A stretch of 64,000 bases of DNA from assembly GCF_009914755.1 (NCBI RefSeq), contig NC_060927.1, one strand, 5' to 3'. Made by a program: the position numbers and the translations under genes. Positions 1-29,145 of this stretch are shown here, piece after piece. The DNA is from the human T2T-CHM13v2.0 reference genome, Homo sapiens. The notes beneath the pieces are model-generated. The model worked only from the letters and a program-made list of their open reading frames with translations. It had not been told where the DNA came from and ran no database searches. Within the stretch, counting starts at the first letter, position 1; the number at the start of each line of letters is the position of its first letter.

Positions 1-1210
1 GTGTGTGACAGAGAGGTGTGGTGGTGTCTGGGCAGCTGTACCTGGCTGATGGGTGGTGTGAGGGCTATGCGATGGGACAGTGCTGGGGTAAGCCTGGGAG
101 TGTGTGGCCACGGTAGGAGTGTGTGACTGGTGGGACACAGTCTATGAAACTGCCGGTGTATGCTTGGGGAGTGACTGTGATTGTGGGGAACCGAGAGTGC
201 CTGGGCGTGGGTGTTAGCGGCAGGAGGGGGTGTGACAAGGTGTGTGGTGACAGTGCTGGGAGGGAAGGTGAGAGCCCAGTGTGGGGGTGTGTGTGTGAGT
301 GTGTGGGAGACCATGAGGATGTGGGTGTGCACATGGAGAGGGCTAGAGGGCAAGTCTTGGGGTTTGTAGTGTTGTGACCAAGACCTCGGGCTCTGTACCC
401 AAGAATTATTTGGGCTCCAATACTTGCTTGTGCCTGTTAAGAGCAAGAGACCCAAGCTAGGCCTCTCAAGGCTGAGTGTCCTTATCTGCAGAATGGAGAG
501 AGTGAGGACAAAAGTTCCTGTGTTAAAGGTCTTTTAACACAATCTTGGCCCATAGTGAGAACACAGCACATGTGAAGTCTTTTGTTGTCACCACCCCCAG
601 CTATACGGTTCCCATTCTCCTGGGAGCTGGGGCTAAAGAAAGCCCAGACAGTATCCAACCCAATTTCCTGCCTGTCTGTTGCCCCTTCCCATCTCCTTGA
701 CCAAGCAGCTTGAGGGAGGGGGGATGCCCAGACAGAGCCCCCAGTACCCAGCCCTGTTCAGCCTGCATGACAGCCCCTCCCTCACCAGACCTTAGTGTCA
801 GTAGTAGCGATGGGGGAGACAGGGGTGGGGGATGATTCAGAGCTGTGACTGCAGGGCGCTGACACCATTTAGCTGGCACAGTTTAGATTAAAATTAGAAA
901 TAATTTAAAGTACAGACAAAAAGATAAAGCCAAGGATGCCTCTGCCCCCAGGGAATGGTGATGGGGGTCTCCAGCTGGGGGAGGGGTTCACATCTGGGGA
1001 GCAGAATCTTTCTTAGAGGCTTGAGCTGGCCTTCAGAGAAAATGCTTAGGCCTTTCAGCCAGGAGACACAGAGTACCTTGCTACCTTTGCCATTTCTTCC
1101 TCCCAGGATATCTCCAGGCCTCAGTTTTTTCAGCTGTGTAATGGGCACAATAGTAATGTGAGAATCACCTGAACTGTAAGGCACAAGAGATTAAAAAATG
1201 TCACTCTTCA

Positions 1211-1507
<297 letters not shown>

Positions 1508-2011
1508 GTCACTATTCATTTGGCATTCTCAACATGAGTCCAGCACAGGAGCTGGCACGCCACATCATTGGAACCTCAGAACCACCTGGGGAGAAGAGGC
1601 TAGTAGTTTCCCCATTAAAAAAACTGAGGCTCAGGGAAATTGCACCAGGACATAAAGTGGTGGTACTTTGTTGCACCCTAGGACTCCTAAACCTGCAAGG
1701 CAACCTCCCACAGACAGGAGGGTCAGGAACAGGTTTTTGCTGTGTTATTGGCTTCCTCACCAGGCTGGAAATGTGCTCAGGGCAGGGACACAGTGTTCCA
1801 GCCCCTACCATGGAGTGGACAAATAGTGGTGCCCAGGAAAAGTTGGGCCCAACACCACATTTCAAGGAAGGGAAAGCCACATCCAGAGAGACCCGAGGTT
1901 TTAGGGCCAGGAGAGACTGAACTGGGCCCGTCAGCCATGCTGGGACTGGTAGACGGGGAGAGCCTGTTTGGTGGTGCCTCCCGGCTCAGCTGTTTCCTCC
2001 TGTTCCTACAG

Positions 2012-2123
2012 GTCTGCAGGGAACTGGCCAGGCAAGGGGGCAGGCCCGTTTCTCCTGGTGGTTGGTGCGTTGTAGCAGCAGCGGGAGCCAGGACTAAGGA
2101 CAAGCAGGAGCTGGGAGCCCCAG
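2012..2123 (+). other. PRKCD: PRKCD non-coding 5'UTR exon (exon 2)
   Basis: Strong acceptor tgtttcctcctgttcctacag, donor CAG|gtagga, no ATG; matches my recollection of the PRKCD mRNA leader. Confidence 0.85.
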
Positions 2124-5100
2124 GTAGGACTGAGTTCTCTTAGGCAGATGGATGGTGCACCGGTGTAGCCTTCCTCTCTGGCCTCTTTGTCCTTTGCTGT
2201 GGAACTGGATGGGGTTGGGCATGCATGCAGAGTCCTTGATCTGGTTGTGGGCCCTGTGTGCCCAGGGGCCGCAGCTGTTTGCCCTGTCTATGAGGGGCTC
2301 TCTGCTCATGAGGAACTTCCTGCCTAACCTGGCTGTGGCCCCAGAATGCTCTCACCTTGGAGCTCAGAGGCCTGGGGCCTACCATTAATTTGGGGCAAAA
2401 AGTAGTAACGCTTTTTTGGTCAGTTAGAGAGGGTGGCTCATGGGCCAAAGATTGAGGGTGGGTGTGTCAGCTTTTCCATGGCCCTGTATCTGCCTCAAAC
2501 TCACCTCATCATCACACAAGGACACTGAAATTCCCCGTGGGCCCCACAGTGGGTTGGACACTGCAGGGGGATGGAATGGGGTCTCCAGCTCCAGGTACAG
2601 CTGAGCTGTCTTCCACACCCCAGGCCCCTCCATTTTCCCCAGCTTCTCTGGAGCCCGAGCAGGGCTCAGTCCCTCTCTTCAGCTTCCAGATTCAAGGGGA
2701 GCTAGGCAGAGTCTGGAACAATGCCGGGAAGGCTGCAGTCTCTTTGAATCCCCTCAGAAAGCTAGAAATTCCTTGTTTTGGGGCGAGCCTTGCCTCCTTC
2801 AGCCCTATTACCATGAAAACATTGCTGTGGGTGACTCCATACTCATTCCAGGCTGGTGACTGGGTGACCGGGCCCCAGTGAACAGGGTTCTGGTGGTGGG
2901 TATGGGTGCTAATGAAGCTGGAGCCTCGGAGTAACAGTGGGGGGATAGCAAAGACCGTCTTTCCTCCAGGAGTGCTCCCTGAGCAGACCCTCACAGCCAA
3001 CCCTACTGGCTGTTACGCACCTATAGGTCTGTGAGTAGAGCCATAAAGGCTGGGCTTCCTGGGCCTGACTCTGGGTTGGGGGCAGAAGGGAGGTCAGGGC
3101 CTTCACTCTGGGGTAGGAGTTGGGACAGAACAGGAGCAGTCTTCACTGGGCCTTCTGTGTATTGGACCTGTCCCTAAACCTGGTGTGGAGGAAGTAAAGC
3201 GCCTTTGGCTGTCTAGGGGCCTCTGCCACCTAAGTTCTGAAGAGCCAGCCCTTTCCGTCACTCAGCCTTGTTTTGTAAGGAGTTTGATTAGTCTTGGAGA
3301 CAGCCCACTGTAAACCCTCAGACATCACCCTCCAGCTGCACAGACATATGCGTGCTCACACAGGGATATGGCAAGCTAGGCTGCAGTGGGCATGCACACC
3401 CACAGACTCATGAGTTCCTGTACGTGCACCACACATGTGGGCATGCAGGTACACAGGTGCTCACATGCAGCCACCCATGGCACACTCACACACACACAGA
3501 TGCTCTCCCAGTTACCGTTGGCATCCATGCACTCAAATGCCTGCCCACACATACCACACTGTGCCCATTCTGGGGTCAGGAAGGGGTCCCTGGTCAGAGT
3601 TACAGCCCAGTCAGGTCGCCTGCATCTGGCACCTGAGGGGCAAGTTCCAGGTGTGGCTGTGATCTCAGTAAGGGGGGCTGGGCCACCCTGGTAGGTGGGC
3701 TCTGCCCATGCATTCAGCAGCCACCCTGCCCACCTGGCCCCAGGCTCCAGGCCGACCAGGGATTGGCATGGGAGATGGGAGGCATGAATGCGGGGGAGAG
3801 GCTGTGTCAGCTGTGCCAGCACTGTGTGCCTGCTGCTACAGCAGAGGAAGTAGGCTGTCTGGCCATGGGGCCAAGGTGCTCACAGTGGGTGGGGGTCCTA
3901 TCAACTCCTGTGTCCCCCACGGTGTCCATGCCTAGAGGGAGTGGAGTTGCTGGGCTCTAGGGACTGAGAGGTTGGCAGGGGCTGTCTGTTCACTTCCCAA
4001 AGCCTGGGCCTAGGAGAGAGGCCCATCTGTTCAAGGCGTTTCCGGAGGCTTACTTCCTCTGAGCTGCCCAGGAAGTGGTTTTGGAGTGGGACTGACCAGC
4101 CCTCTGTCAGTGGCTCTACGCCTTGCTCCGCCCCTGCCTTGCCTGCCCAGGGGAGCAGCGTCTGGCCACCGGGTTAGGCTGACTGACCAGGCTTTTCACT
4201 GCCAGGGCTGCCCAGGCCTTTTTGGGGGGCTCTAGGAGAAGGGCAGGGGGCAGGTCACGAAGTCCCCTGCAGTCCCCACAACCGTGGCTCCTTTCTTGCT
4301 CTGAGCCTGTAAGCCGAGGCTCAAGAGCATCAACTCTGGTAGGCATGGCCCCCTTGAGAGAGGTGATGGCTGGGCTGCATCTTAGTGACTAGGCAGCTCC
4401 CAGCAGCTCTATGAATGAACCTGGGCAAGTGGCTCTGCCGCTCAGTGCCTCAGTCTCCCCCTGACAGATGAGATAATGATAGCATCCATCTTGATGAGGT
4501 TGTGCGGAAATGACAGATAACATATGCAAAGTAGCTGGCATCGTGCTTAGTGCATTGTCAGAGTTGAATGAGTAGAAACTGTAGTTATGTAAAGCATTTA
4601 GAGCCCAGTTCATGGGAACTATTCAAAAAATAGCAAGTGGGACTGATGAGGGGGTATTATTATCTGATGGGCTGGGCACTGGCCCAGTGTTACATGGCCA
4701 GGTGGCTGTGGAGCCTGGCTGAGGAGCCAGGTCTCTGACTCCCTCATCCCCCTCAATTCTACCTCCAGTGGCAGTGCCCTACTTGTTCAATAGGTTCCAT
4801 GCCCTCCGAGGAGAGGAGCTCCTGTTGGAGCAGCTCCACCCACTCAGCAGTCCAGCCCCTGCCTGCTCTTCTCCCCCTCACTCCCTTTCAAAGGGAGAAA
4901 ATAGATCTCGTGACAAATGGATGCAGGGAGGGGAAAGGCAGTCTGCAGCTGCCTGCTGCCCCCTCAGGGCTCCCCTTGGCCCTCTCCAGCTCTGGCCTCC
5001 TGCAGGACATTAGGCTGGGAGAATTGGCTGGGAACGAGGGGGTGGACGTAAGCCCTCCTGCCAGCCTGCTTACCCTTCAGACCCCTGGAGTCAGCCTGTG

Positions 5101-7842
5101 GGCTGGGGCAGGGAGTGGGCATCTGGGACTGATGGAAGCTAGAAGAGTAGGGGGAGCTAGAAAACCCCCTACACCCATGGCAGCTGGGGGCAGGGCCCAG
5201 CCTGTCCCAGGGACACGAAGAAGGTCAGCACAGTTAGGGTTGGGCTAAGCATTGGCCTTCACTGTGTGGGGCCCAGAGGCTGGGGATGAGGAGTGTTGAG
5301 GAGTGGTAAGGACAGTGATGCAAACAGCAGGGGCCTGAGGGCTGGAGAGCGAAAGGTGGATGGGCCTGGGCGGGAAGTGTGGTTGAGGGTATCCTGAAGG
5401 CTTAGGAGCAGGACTTCTGCAGGCATCAGACAGACCCTGGTTGAATCCTTGCTCAATATTTACTGGCTGTGCACACTTGAGCCAGGGACTGGACCGTTCC
5501 CCACTTGCCTCGTCTGTGAAATGGGCAGATCACGGGGTGTGGTGTCCTGTGAGACATGAACGATGGGAAGGAGCCACTGTGTGGGGTGGGGTGGAGCAGG
5601 AAGACGGAACAGCAAGCCCAGAGGCTCCTAAGCGGGAAGGAACTGGCTGCTTCGGGAACTGAAAGGGGTCAGCGTGGCTGGGGCACAGGAATGAGGGAAA
5701 GGCAGCGCCTGCCCGAGAGGTCAGGGAGGTAACGGTGATGGGGAGGGGGGTGGCGGGGGGCAGGCTGCATGGAGCAGGCTGAGGGGAGGAGTCTGGGCTT
5801 GTCAGAGGGGCAATGGGAGGCACTGGGGGCTTGGGCAGGGGGTGACAAAATCTGTCTGAAAAGCCCCGTCTGGTGGCTGGAACAGGGGGACTGTCGGGCC
5901 GGGGTAGAGGATGGAGAGCAGTCAGAAGACAGGTGCAGAGCCTGGGGATGGTGGTGGTGGGAGAAGAGGATTTGAGACTTGAGGACAGGCTGCAGCGGCA
6001 GACGGGATGGCTTTATTGTGTGGGGAGCAGGGGGAGCTGTCTGGCCTGAGCCACTGCCTGAGCTCGTGCACTCCTAGTGGATGAGGAGCGCTGGGAGGGG
6101 AACGGCGGGGGACTGGTGTGGGCAGGCTTGAGCTCTTCTGGAGTCATTCATGTGGTGAAGCCAGGGAGGCAGGTGGGGCCACAAGCCTGAAGTTCAGGAG
6201 GGTCTGGGCCCAAAGTAGAGACGGGAGCCTAAAGCCAGGATTGGGGAGGAGAGGGCTCAACAGGCCTTCTAAGGGGTGGGGGAGCATTTGAGAGGCCCAC
6301 GAACAGGACTGGGATGGCTGTCCCTCAAAGGTCTCTGCCAAGGCACCCAGGAGGGCAGGCTTGTGGTGGCTGAGCCGCTGTTTTCACAACAGCTCCGGAA
6401 GCTTTGGATCATGTCTATGGCCGTGTTGGGTAAACAGGCAGAGCAGAGCAGGCAGTCGCCAAGGCCTGAGGCTAGATCAGATGTCTGCGTGGTGTAGGTT
6501 GTGGGCTGGGGTTGTTGGGGTGGGAGGAGGATCCCAGGGTCCTCCAGTGTCAGGGCTGGAGAAAGCTTAGAGGTCTCCATTGTTGAGACAGGGAGGCTGG
6601 AGCCCCGGGAGGGGCAGTAGCTGGCCAGCCTCTGCCAGTGGACTCATGCTGCCTGCTTCAGCCCAGTTCTGCCCAGAGCCTCAGGCCAGAACAGGGCACC
6701 CTGCGGCTGGGGGGCTTAACAGAGCCTCTTTTCCCACTTTCCAAGGAAGTCTGGAAGACACCAGAGCACTTGGGCCAAGATCGCGGAGCACCCAGGCAGC
6801 AGATCTGAGCTAGGCCTGTCTAGGTCCAAGCTCGCCGGTTCCTCTGTCCGCTGCCTGCTGTGGGATGGCGCACCATGCGGGATGGTCCTGCCTCTCTCCC
6901 AGCTTTCTCAATATCCCCAAAGTGGGGAAGCATCATGTGGATCCTGCCCAGATCCTGGGGATGACTGGCAAAAGGGTTAGGTGGCCATCTTGCCTTCTCC
7001 CAAACACAAAACGATTGTTTCCAATGGTAAACCATCTGGAAAATCGTGGGAACTCTGGGAGAAAGAAGGGCTAAGGAGTAGGGCTCTTGTACTGGGGGCT
7101 GATGGAGGAGCTGTTCCCATCTCCAAACACATACCCTCACCCCATTGGAGGCCAGATGGGCAGTTCTAGGACTAGAGCTGGAAGTTCTCTCCCCACTTCC
7201 CCCTGGGTCTGCCCCATTGGCTTTGTGGCTTTGGTTGAATTGCTCAACCTCTCTTTCGGTTTCTGCACAGTGAGCCTGGAGCTCAAGGAACTTGCTCCTG
7301 GGGTGCCCGGCTTGCTGCCCTACCAACATAGGTTCAAGCCCTCCCCTCCCCCTGCACGCCAGGCCTGTGACTGCCACCTGTGACCTTCAACCTCCACCAT
7401 AGCCGCAGGGCCCTGCAGGCAGGTGGGCGGGCGGGCGGAGGCCTGCCCAGTGATGTGCCTGACCAGCCCACTCCTTCCCTTACACACTTTAGACTTTGCT
7501 CTGGATCAAGAGGGACTTTCTTCGTCTCCCTGGGTGGAAAGGCCCAGCCTAGCCTGACACCAGCTGCCCTTCTGCCCCTCCTCCATTCCCCAGCCATTGT
7601 GCCTGGGGGCTGTGGTGGAAAAAGCTGCATTTGGACTTCATGGTGCCAGACTCTAGTCAGGGATGTGGGGTCCTTCCAGGACTGTATGTTTGTTTCTGTG
7701 TCTGCCTGGAGCATCTCTGTGCCAGTGTGTACATTACAGCTTGTGGCACTCCACGTGCGTGTGGAGCCTATGTGGTCGGGTGTGGTCTGTGTGGGCCCGG
7801 GTATCTGTTGAGATGTGAGAGCCGGTGAGTGCATGTGTGTTT

Positions 7843-7866
7843 CTGTGTGTGTGTGTGTGTGTGTGT
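7843..7866. repeat. (TG)n microsatellite in a TG-rich tract
   Basis: Direct reading. Confidence 0.9.
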
Positions 7867-10370
7867 ACGTGTGCCCCTGTGTCATCACAGCAGTGTGTGT
7901 ACGTACCTGTGGCTCCAACTGTGTGCGTGTGTGTCTAATGTCGAGTGGGGCTCCCTATGTGCTGTTTGGGTTGGCGAGTGTGCCTGTGTGCACACGTGTG
8001 GTTATTCGTGGAGAGGCCCGGCTCCATCCCCCACCCTGGCTCCTCACAGAGGCCCCTTGTCCTCACAGGATCTGGCTCTCTGGCTCCTGCCATGAAGGGG
8101 CCTTTGTTCCTCTCTCAGGGGTACCTGGGGCACCGCCCTCTGACTGAGCCCAGGACTCCTCATATCCTAGGGCTGGCTGGTGACTCGAGGCCTGTGCCTG
8201 GTGGCCTCCCTCCAAGGAGGCCCTACCCCACACAAGCTGGCAGAGGTGGATGTGAGCCGATGACAGCCAGGCTCCCAAGTCCTGCCCCTCTGAACCTTCC
8301 AGACCCTCTGGCAGGGCAGGCCATTATGCTCCTGCTGACCCCTCAGATCGAAGGCCCCCAGCCAACAGGTCCCTGCAGCCTCCATTCTCCTCCAGCCCCC
8401 CTCACTCCCTGCTACTCACTGCCTGCGTGGCGCATCCTACAGAGGTCTTACCATCCTTTGTAATCACATATTTATGTGACTGGCTCCCACCAGGCTGTAA
8501 GTTCCATGGGCCTGGTGTGGCAGAGGTTACCAGTGGGAAAGCAGCTAGCTTCCTGAGAGGTGGGAAGGGTCCCCCAGGGCCAGCCTTCTGAGCTGCCTGG
8601 AAGGATCTGTGGGAATTCAGAAGGCTGTTCCAGCTGAGGGAACAACATCTGCAAAAATATGGGGGCTGGGAAATGAGACATATGTTCACAGAGTAGCCAG
8701 AACAGGGATTGAGGTAGAGAGCAGGACAGGGCCAGGGAGTGGGCAGTCTGGAAGGCCTGGAGAGGTCTGGGCTTTCTCCAGGGGCAGTGAGAGCCTAGGA
8801 GGTTCCCAGCTGTGGGAAGAATGGGTAGGGGAGGGACCAGAGATGGTGACAACCGGGAGGGAGCTGGGTAAGGGGAGGAGAGGCCACAGGTACTGGTTGG
8901 TCTGTGTGGGGTGAGGGAGGGGCCCAGGAGGAGCGCTGGCTGGGGGATGAGGTACCTGTCCTGGGAGGAGCAGGTATGGGGAGCATCCCTGCTCTGGGAC
9001 TTGGCTGTGACCTGAGTCCATAGATCTGGTTCTTATCTCAGCACAGGGCTGGGCATGTGGAGGCTGGGGGATGGGCCCTGGTGGAGGAACCCTAAAGGGT
9101 CTTGCTAGCCTTTCCCCTCCCACCTCCTGTTCCTCTTGCTGAGCCCACTTCCTGGGTTGTGAAACCTGCATGGCCTCCTTGCCTTGTTTCCGCTGGGAAG
9201 GCCATCTAGGCAGCCAGCCTCCCAGCCCAGCTACCACCCACCTGCCTACCCAACCTGGCAGCTCCACCATGCCCGGCCCCCTTGCCCTGCCGTGACTGCC
9301 GGTACCAGTCCTGCACCCTCCTGCTGATCACACTTCCTCTCACTGTCCTTTCTGCCCCTGCCTGGGCCTTGGTCTCCTCCGCCCTCCTTTATTCATCCAC
9401 AAGGCTCTGGCAGGCTACACTGTGGACTCCCCCAGGCAGAGTCTGCATCCTTAGGAGGGCCCCCACTTTGTGCCATCTGCCATGCAGTTGTGACTTCCGT
9501 GGCAGGTGTCAGGTGTGTGTGGGAGAAGGCTGCAGTAGGTGGCATGGGGGACATCCCCTGCTCCCCGGGGGTCTGTTCAAGGGAACCAGACCGCCCTATA
9601 CCCACCAGGGGCTGCAACTGGTCTTTCATTGCCCTTGCTTTGACTGACCTCAGCCTGTCACCTCATTTCTCCCATAGACGTTTCTGAGGCAGCCTCCCTC
9701 TGCTCTCACACACCTCCCCGCCAGCAGCCTGATCAAGCCTCTTTCCTCCAGCCCAGCTTACTCCTCTGACCAACAGGCATCATTCTGTGGCCTGTGAGGC
9801 AGAATTGAACACCAGGGAAGGGGTGGGGTGGAGGGGACCAGGCCGGATCTGGGAGCCAGGGAACCTCACTGCAGGACCTTGGCCTTAGTTTCCTCCTCTG
9901 TACAATGAGGAGATGGGCATGTCAGTCTCTGAAGACCTATCTCTTGTGGAGAGATTGTTGGGGTTTTTCACCTTTGACAAAACCATTATCCAACAAGTTA
10001 CATGTGATGCAGAAAAATTAGCAAATGCATTCCTGTTCCTGCTGGCGCTCCTCAGGCCATGTCCCTCACCCCAGCCTCCTGTGCTGGTATACATCAGCAC
10101 ACGTGTGGATGTGCAGCACACATACTTGTCTGCTGGAGGCAACCAGGACTTCTGTGCCCGGGAGCTCCAAACCCAAGGTCGCTCTGATCACCTTGAGGCC
10201 AGCCTTGCCCACTGCCGGGTACTGGCTGGGAACAGGTTTCCATTTGTCCCAGAGGAGGTGACCTGCCTTCTCTGGCCTGACCTAGCTACTGCCTTTCCTT
10301 ACCTCTGGGCTGCTGATCTGGGGCTCACATTCCCTGGGGCTGGGATCCAGTGTGTCCAAGCCTTCCCTAG

Positions 10371-10685
<315 letters not shown>

Positions 10686-13600
10686 CTTCCCTGGGTTTTG
10701 GAAATGGAGGCTGGTCCAAGTGGCGAGGTCACGGGGGAAGACCACTGGTCAAGCATGGGGTACCTGTCTCTTGGAGCCCTTACCTCCCTGTTTTCTCTGT
10801 CTTCATGTGTGTTTGTGTGTGCTGATCTCCACCTCTACCGTCTTCCGTCCATCTCTACCCTTTTCTCTCTCTTTGTCTCTTCTTCCCAACATGGCATACT
10901 GGAAAGGACCTGGGCTGCAACATCGGGCAGGCCTGGATTTATCCTTCCATCACTTACTGGCTGTGTGACCTTTTGGAAAGTCACTTTGCTTCTCTGAGCT
11001 TTAGTTTCTTCATCAGTAAAATCCCTTCTGGATCCGCATAGGGATAACGTGAGCTAATGTAATTACAGAGGTAATCTGCGACATTGTCGGCCTCAGAAAA
11101 GGACTGTCCTTCTTGTAAGTGGAGGAGCCAAGATTCATACCTAGACACTGACCCTTAGTCTGGTGCTTTGTGCTTCATAAAGCTGCCTCTGCTGTAGGCT
11201 GGAGAAGCAGAATAGAGACTAGGAGCCCTTAGGCAGCTGGGAAAGGCCTGGCTGGCCTCAGCTGGCTCCAAGGAGCTTGTCCCCATGGAGGCTGTGTGGG
11301 GTCGAGCCCCCGGCACCCCCTGGCCCTGCAGAGTGGCCATGAGTCTGGGGCTGAGCCAGCGGCCTTCCTCTGGGGCCTCCGTGGCCCAGGTCCTATTTGC
11401 ATGGGGGCTATAAATAGTCAGCACACCTTGCTTTTGTGCTGCTGCTTCACCCCCATCTCCCTGCCATACACTCTGAGAGGTAGGGGGCAGACTCTGACTC
11501 TGCTGTGCAGAGCAGGGACTTGTGGCTCAGAGAGGCCCAGGACCTCTCTGAGGGTCACACAGTGATGGAAGAAGATGTGGGGCTCTGGGTAGTACAAACA
11601 GGGACAGAGTTGGTGGCAGAACCTGGCCAGAGCCCATGCCCTGGTTTTAGTCTTAGGAGGTTGGGTCTGACACTATGGTTACTGCTGGTTAGTCTCAGGG
11701 CAGCCCACGAAGACCATGGCTCCCCAGTTCTCATGGCACTGCAGCCTGGCAGTGCAGGTTTAGGGCTGGGGCCTGCTGTGTTTGTGGTTTTCCCTCCAGT
11801 GGCTTCCAAATGTGAGCAGCAGCTGCTCTGAGTGTGGCCTGAGAGAGCTGGAGGGCCACCCTTGGGTGGGCAGGTCCTGGGCTCTGCCTCACCCTCCTGG
11901 GGCTTCTCTGACCCACTGTCTCCTCCACCCTCCATGCAGTCCTGGGGTGGTCCCCACGCATACCTCCTGCTGGGCAGGCCGGGGGTAGGGGAAGCCATGG
12001 AGCCTGTGGGCTGTCAGGGCTGGGCCCCAAGGGTTGGTGGCTGGGAGGAGGACCTGGCTGGCCGGTGTTGGAGCATCTGGTGCTCCTGAGTGAGTTGTAT
12101 GTTCATGGAGACCTGGTTTCCCTTTCTGAGCAGTGGGATCTGTAACCAGGACTGTCTTCCCAGGCTGCTGGGCAGGCGGAATGGATGCGGTGGGGGATGC
12201 GAGTGCGCTTTGTAAACTGCGAAGGGAGGTGCACAGTGAGGGATGGGTGCCGCAGTGAGGGGGGTGATAGTGGTAAGAGGAACCCCCTCCCCATGGCCTG
12301 TTGGGTTGATTGTAGCCCTTATCCTACGTGAGTTCTCATTATCCCCACAACCCTGAGCCAAGAGACTATTGCTCATCAGGAAATGGGGGTGCTGAGGCTC
12401 AGAAAGGTCAAGTGACCTGCACAGAGTCCACAGCCAAGGCAACGTTGGTGTCAGGATGCAGCACCCAGGCGGCCTGGCCATCATTTTGCCATATGTGCTG
12501 CCCTGAGCCTCTCTCCCCTAGGAGCCCAGGCCACCTGCAACACACTTGCTCCTCCTTTATCCCTGTGCCCCTGTCCCCTCAACCCTCATCATCCTCCGAG
12601 GCACTCAGAAGTTGCCTACTGCCCCATCTGGGTCTCCAGGTTTTCCTAACAGCAGAGCTGCATCTGCTGGGATTAGGCCCTGGATGTGTGGACACAGACC
12701 TGCCAATCATTCCAGACCCAGGGAGCACTCACCTGGGTGCTGGATCTCTTGGACCCTCAGGGACAAGCCAGGCAGCAAAAGGGGCAAGATGTCCATCTTG
12801 CTTACGGGTTTGGGATGCTCACCCAGATTCCTGCACATATGCGAGGCCAGGCCCACGCAGCTTGCTTTTCACTCCAGTATCAACTGAGTGCCCACCATGT
12901 GCCACCCACTCCCATGGCTGTATATAATCACATTCCTGTAGACCCGTGCAACCTCACACACACCGATTCATGCATGCTGCAGCCTGGGGAGCAGCCAGCA
13001 GCAGCCCCCAACTGGCCCTCTCTCCCTGGCCCACCAAGAGGTCAAGGGCAGCTGGCCTGGCACACAGGCCACCTGCTGGTGTCAGGCTGAAGGCTTCGGG
13101 ACTTGGGCTCAGGCATGAGCTTGCACACCCACTCTCACATCCACTGAGTAGGAGCCAGGGCCGGGCAAGGAATGTGGTGGGGTCTGCCCCTGCCCTGCCT
13201 GGGTCCTGCTCTCTGCTTTGGCAGCTGCTGGCCTCAGAGGGCTGCCTGGACTCACTGGGCTGGGCTGCAGGGTGAGGTCAGCATTTGCTGTGAGCTCATC
13301 TGAGCTGGGAGCTCCCAGCAGAGCTGGCCGCTGCTCTGGCCACCTTGTGCAGGAGCTGGAGGAAGTCATCTGGGGCTGGGCAGCTGTTGTGTGTGCATGC
13401 ACACGTGTGTGTCTGAGTGTGCCCCTGTGTGCTGGCTTATGTTCAGGATGGAGTGAATACATGTGCATGTGCACAAAATCGAATGAGCGCTCCCTCAACC
13501 AAGGCTATGGAGCAGCCTTGTGGGGCCTGGGCAGGAGCCAGTGTGCACATAGGTGCTTGCACACCTGTGTGTCCTTCACAAGTGGCAACCTGAGGAGCCC

Positions 13601-13729
13601 CTTGGAGTCACTTACTGTAGTGAACATTAACTTAGAGAATGGTGAGAAACCCAGGAGTGTGGGAGGCTGCTGTGTATGAATCTGCAAGGCACATTCAGCG
13701 TTACATTCAACATTAAAATACAGTTTGGG

Positions 13730-14193
13730 TTTTTTTTAATTTTTATTTTTCTGAGGCAGAGTCTCGCTCTGTTGCCCAGGCTGGAGTGCAATGGCGCAGT
13801 CTCAGCTCACTGCAACCTCTGCCTCCCAGGTTCCAGCCATTCTTCTGCCCTCAGCCTCCCAAGTAGCTGGGATTATAGGCATGCGCCACCACGCCTGGCT
13901 AGTTTTTGTATTTTTAGTAGAGATGGGGTTTCACCATGTTGGCCAGGCTGGTCTCGAACTCCTGACCTCAGGTGACTCGCCTGCCTTGGCCTCCCAAAGT
14001 GCTGAGATTACAGGCATGAGCCACCGCGCCTAGGCAGTTTGGGTTCTTTTTTTAAGAGATAGGGTCTCACTCTGCCACCCATGCTGGAGTGCACTGCGTG
14101 GCACTCTGCTGCCTTGAACTCTTGGCCTCAAGCGATCCTCTTACCTTGGCCTCCTGAAGTACCAAGATTATGGGAGTGAGCCACCATGCCCAC
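13730..14193 (-). mobile_element. Full antisense Alu followed by a partial, older Alu
   Basis: Alu consensus, T tails. Confidence 0.92.
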
Positions 14194-14834
14194 CTGTTTT
14201 ATATTTGGGGAAATAATTAGTTTGAAGGTGCAGGCAACCTTCCAGGCAAGCGAGAGGCACTCGACCCCAAGGGGTCAATTTAGAAGGGTCAGGCACACTG
14301 ATGTGGGCAGAGCCTCTCACTGCCCTGATCCCTGAACAGAGTGGGTGCCAAGTTAGTGGAATGTCAGCTTTTGGTTCTGATTCTCTGCCTTAGGGTTTCA
14401 GTTTCCCCATCTGAAAAGTGGGGGGTGTTTATCTTGGCACTGCTTGTCTGCCTGGGTAGTTATGAAGAAAAAACCCCAAACTTAGAAAATCATGAAGGGC
14501 TGCATGGGGCAGGATGGGAGAAAGAGGCAGTACTGTCCTGTCCCCTTACCAGGTGACAATGGCACATACCAGGTGCCTGGCATGGAGCAGGTACCCAGCA
14601 ATAGGGTACTTAGGGAGTCACTGAGTGACTCCCCAAATGAATATCTAGGGGTGACAGATGCAAATGCCACCAGGGCCCAGGTAGGAGGAGTGAAGAGAGT
14701 GCCCCTGGCCTGGGGTAGATTGATGGAGGGCAGCCATCCCAGTGCTAGCTGGCTGTTGCCCAGTGGGCCCAACATCACATTTTCCAGTTTTACCAGAGAC
14801 GCCGCAAATCCAGACTTACATAAACCTCTCAATA

Positions 14835-15171
<337 letters not shown>

Positions 15172-15329
15172 TGAGACTAGTGTGTGTGTGCATCATGTGG
15201 GCCAAACCCAATCATAGCAGAGCCCTGGGGGAGCGGGTCCCTGAGTGCTGCCCGTGACTGTTCCCGCTGGTCCCGCCCGGCCGCCTGGCCTCACCCCTCT
15301 GTGTGCACAGCCCCACTGCAGGCCCCACC

Positions 15330-29145
<13,816 letters not shown>

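Noticed and set aside
5177-5223. ATG plus phase-2 donor (AAG|gtcagc) that would extend the PRKCD N-terminus in frame
   Set aside because: Such combinations arise by chance in a 13-kb intron; no supporting promoter or acceptor evidence
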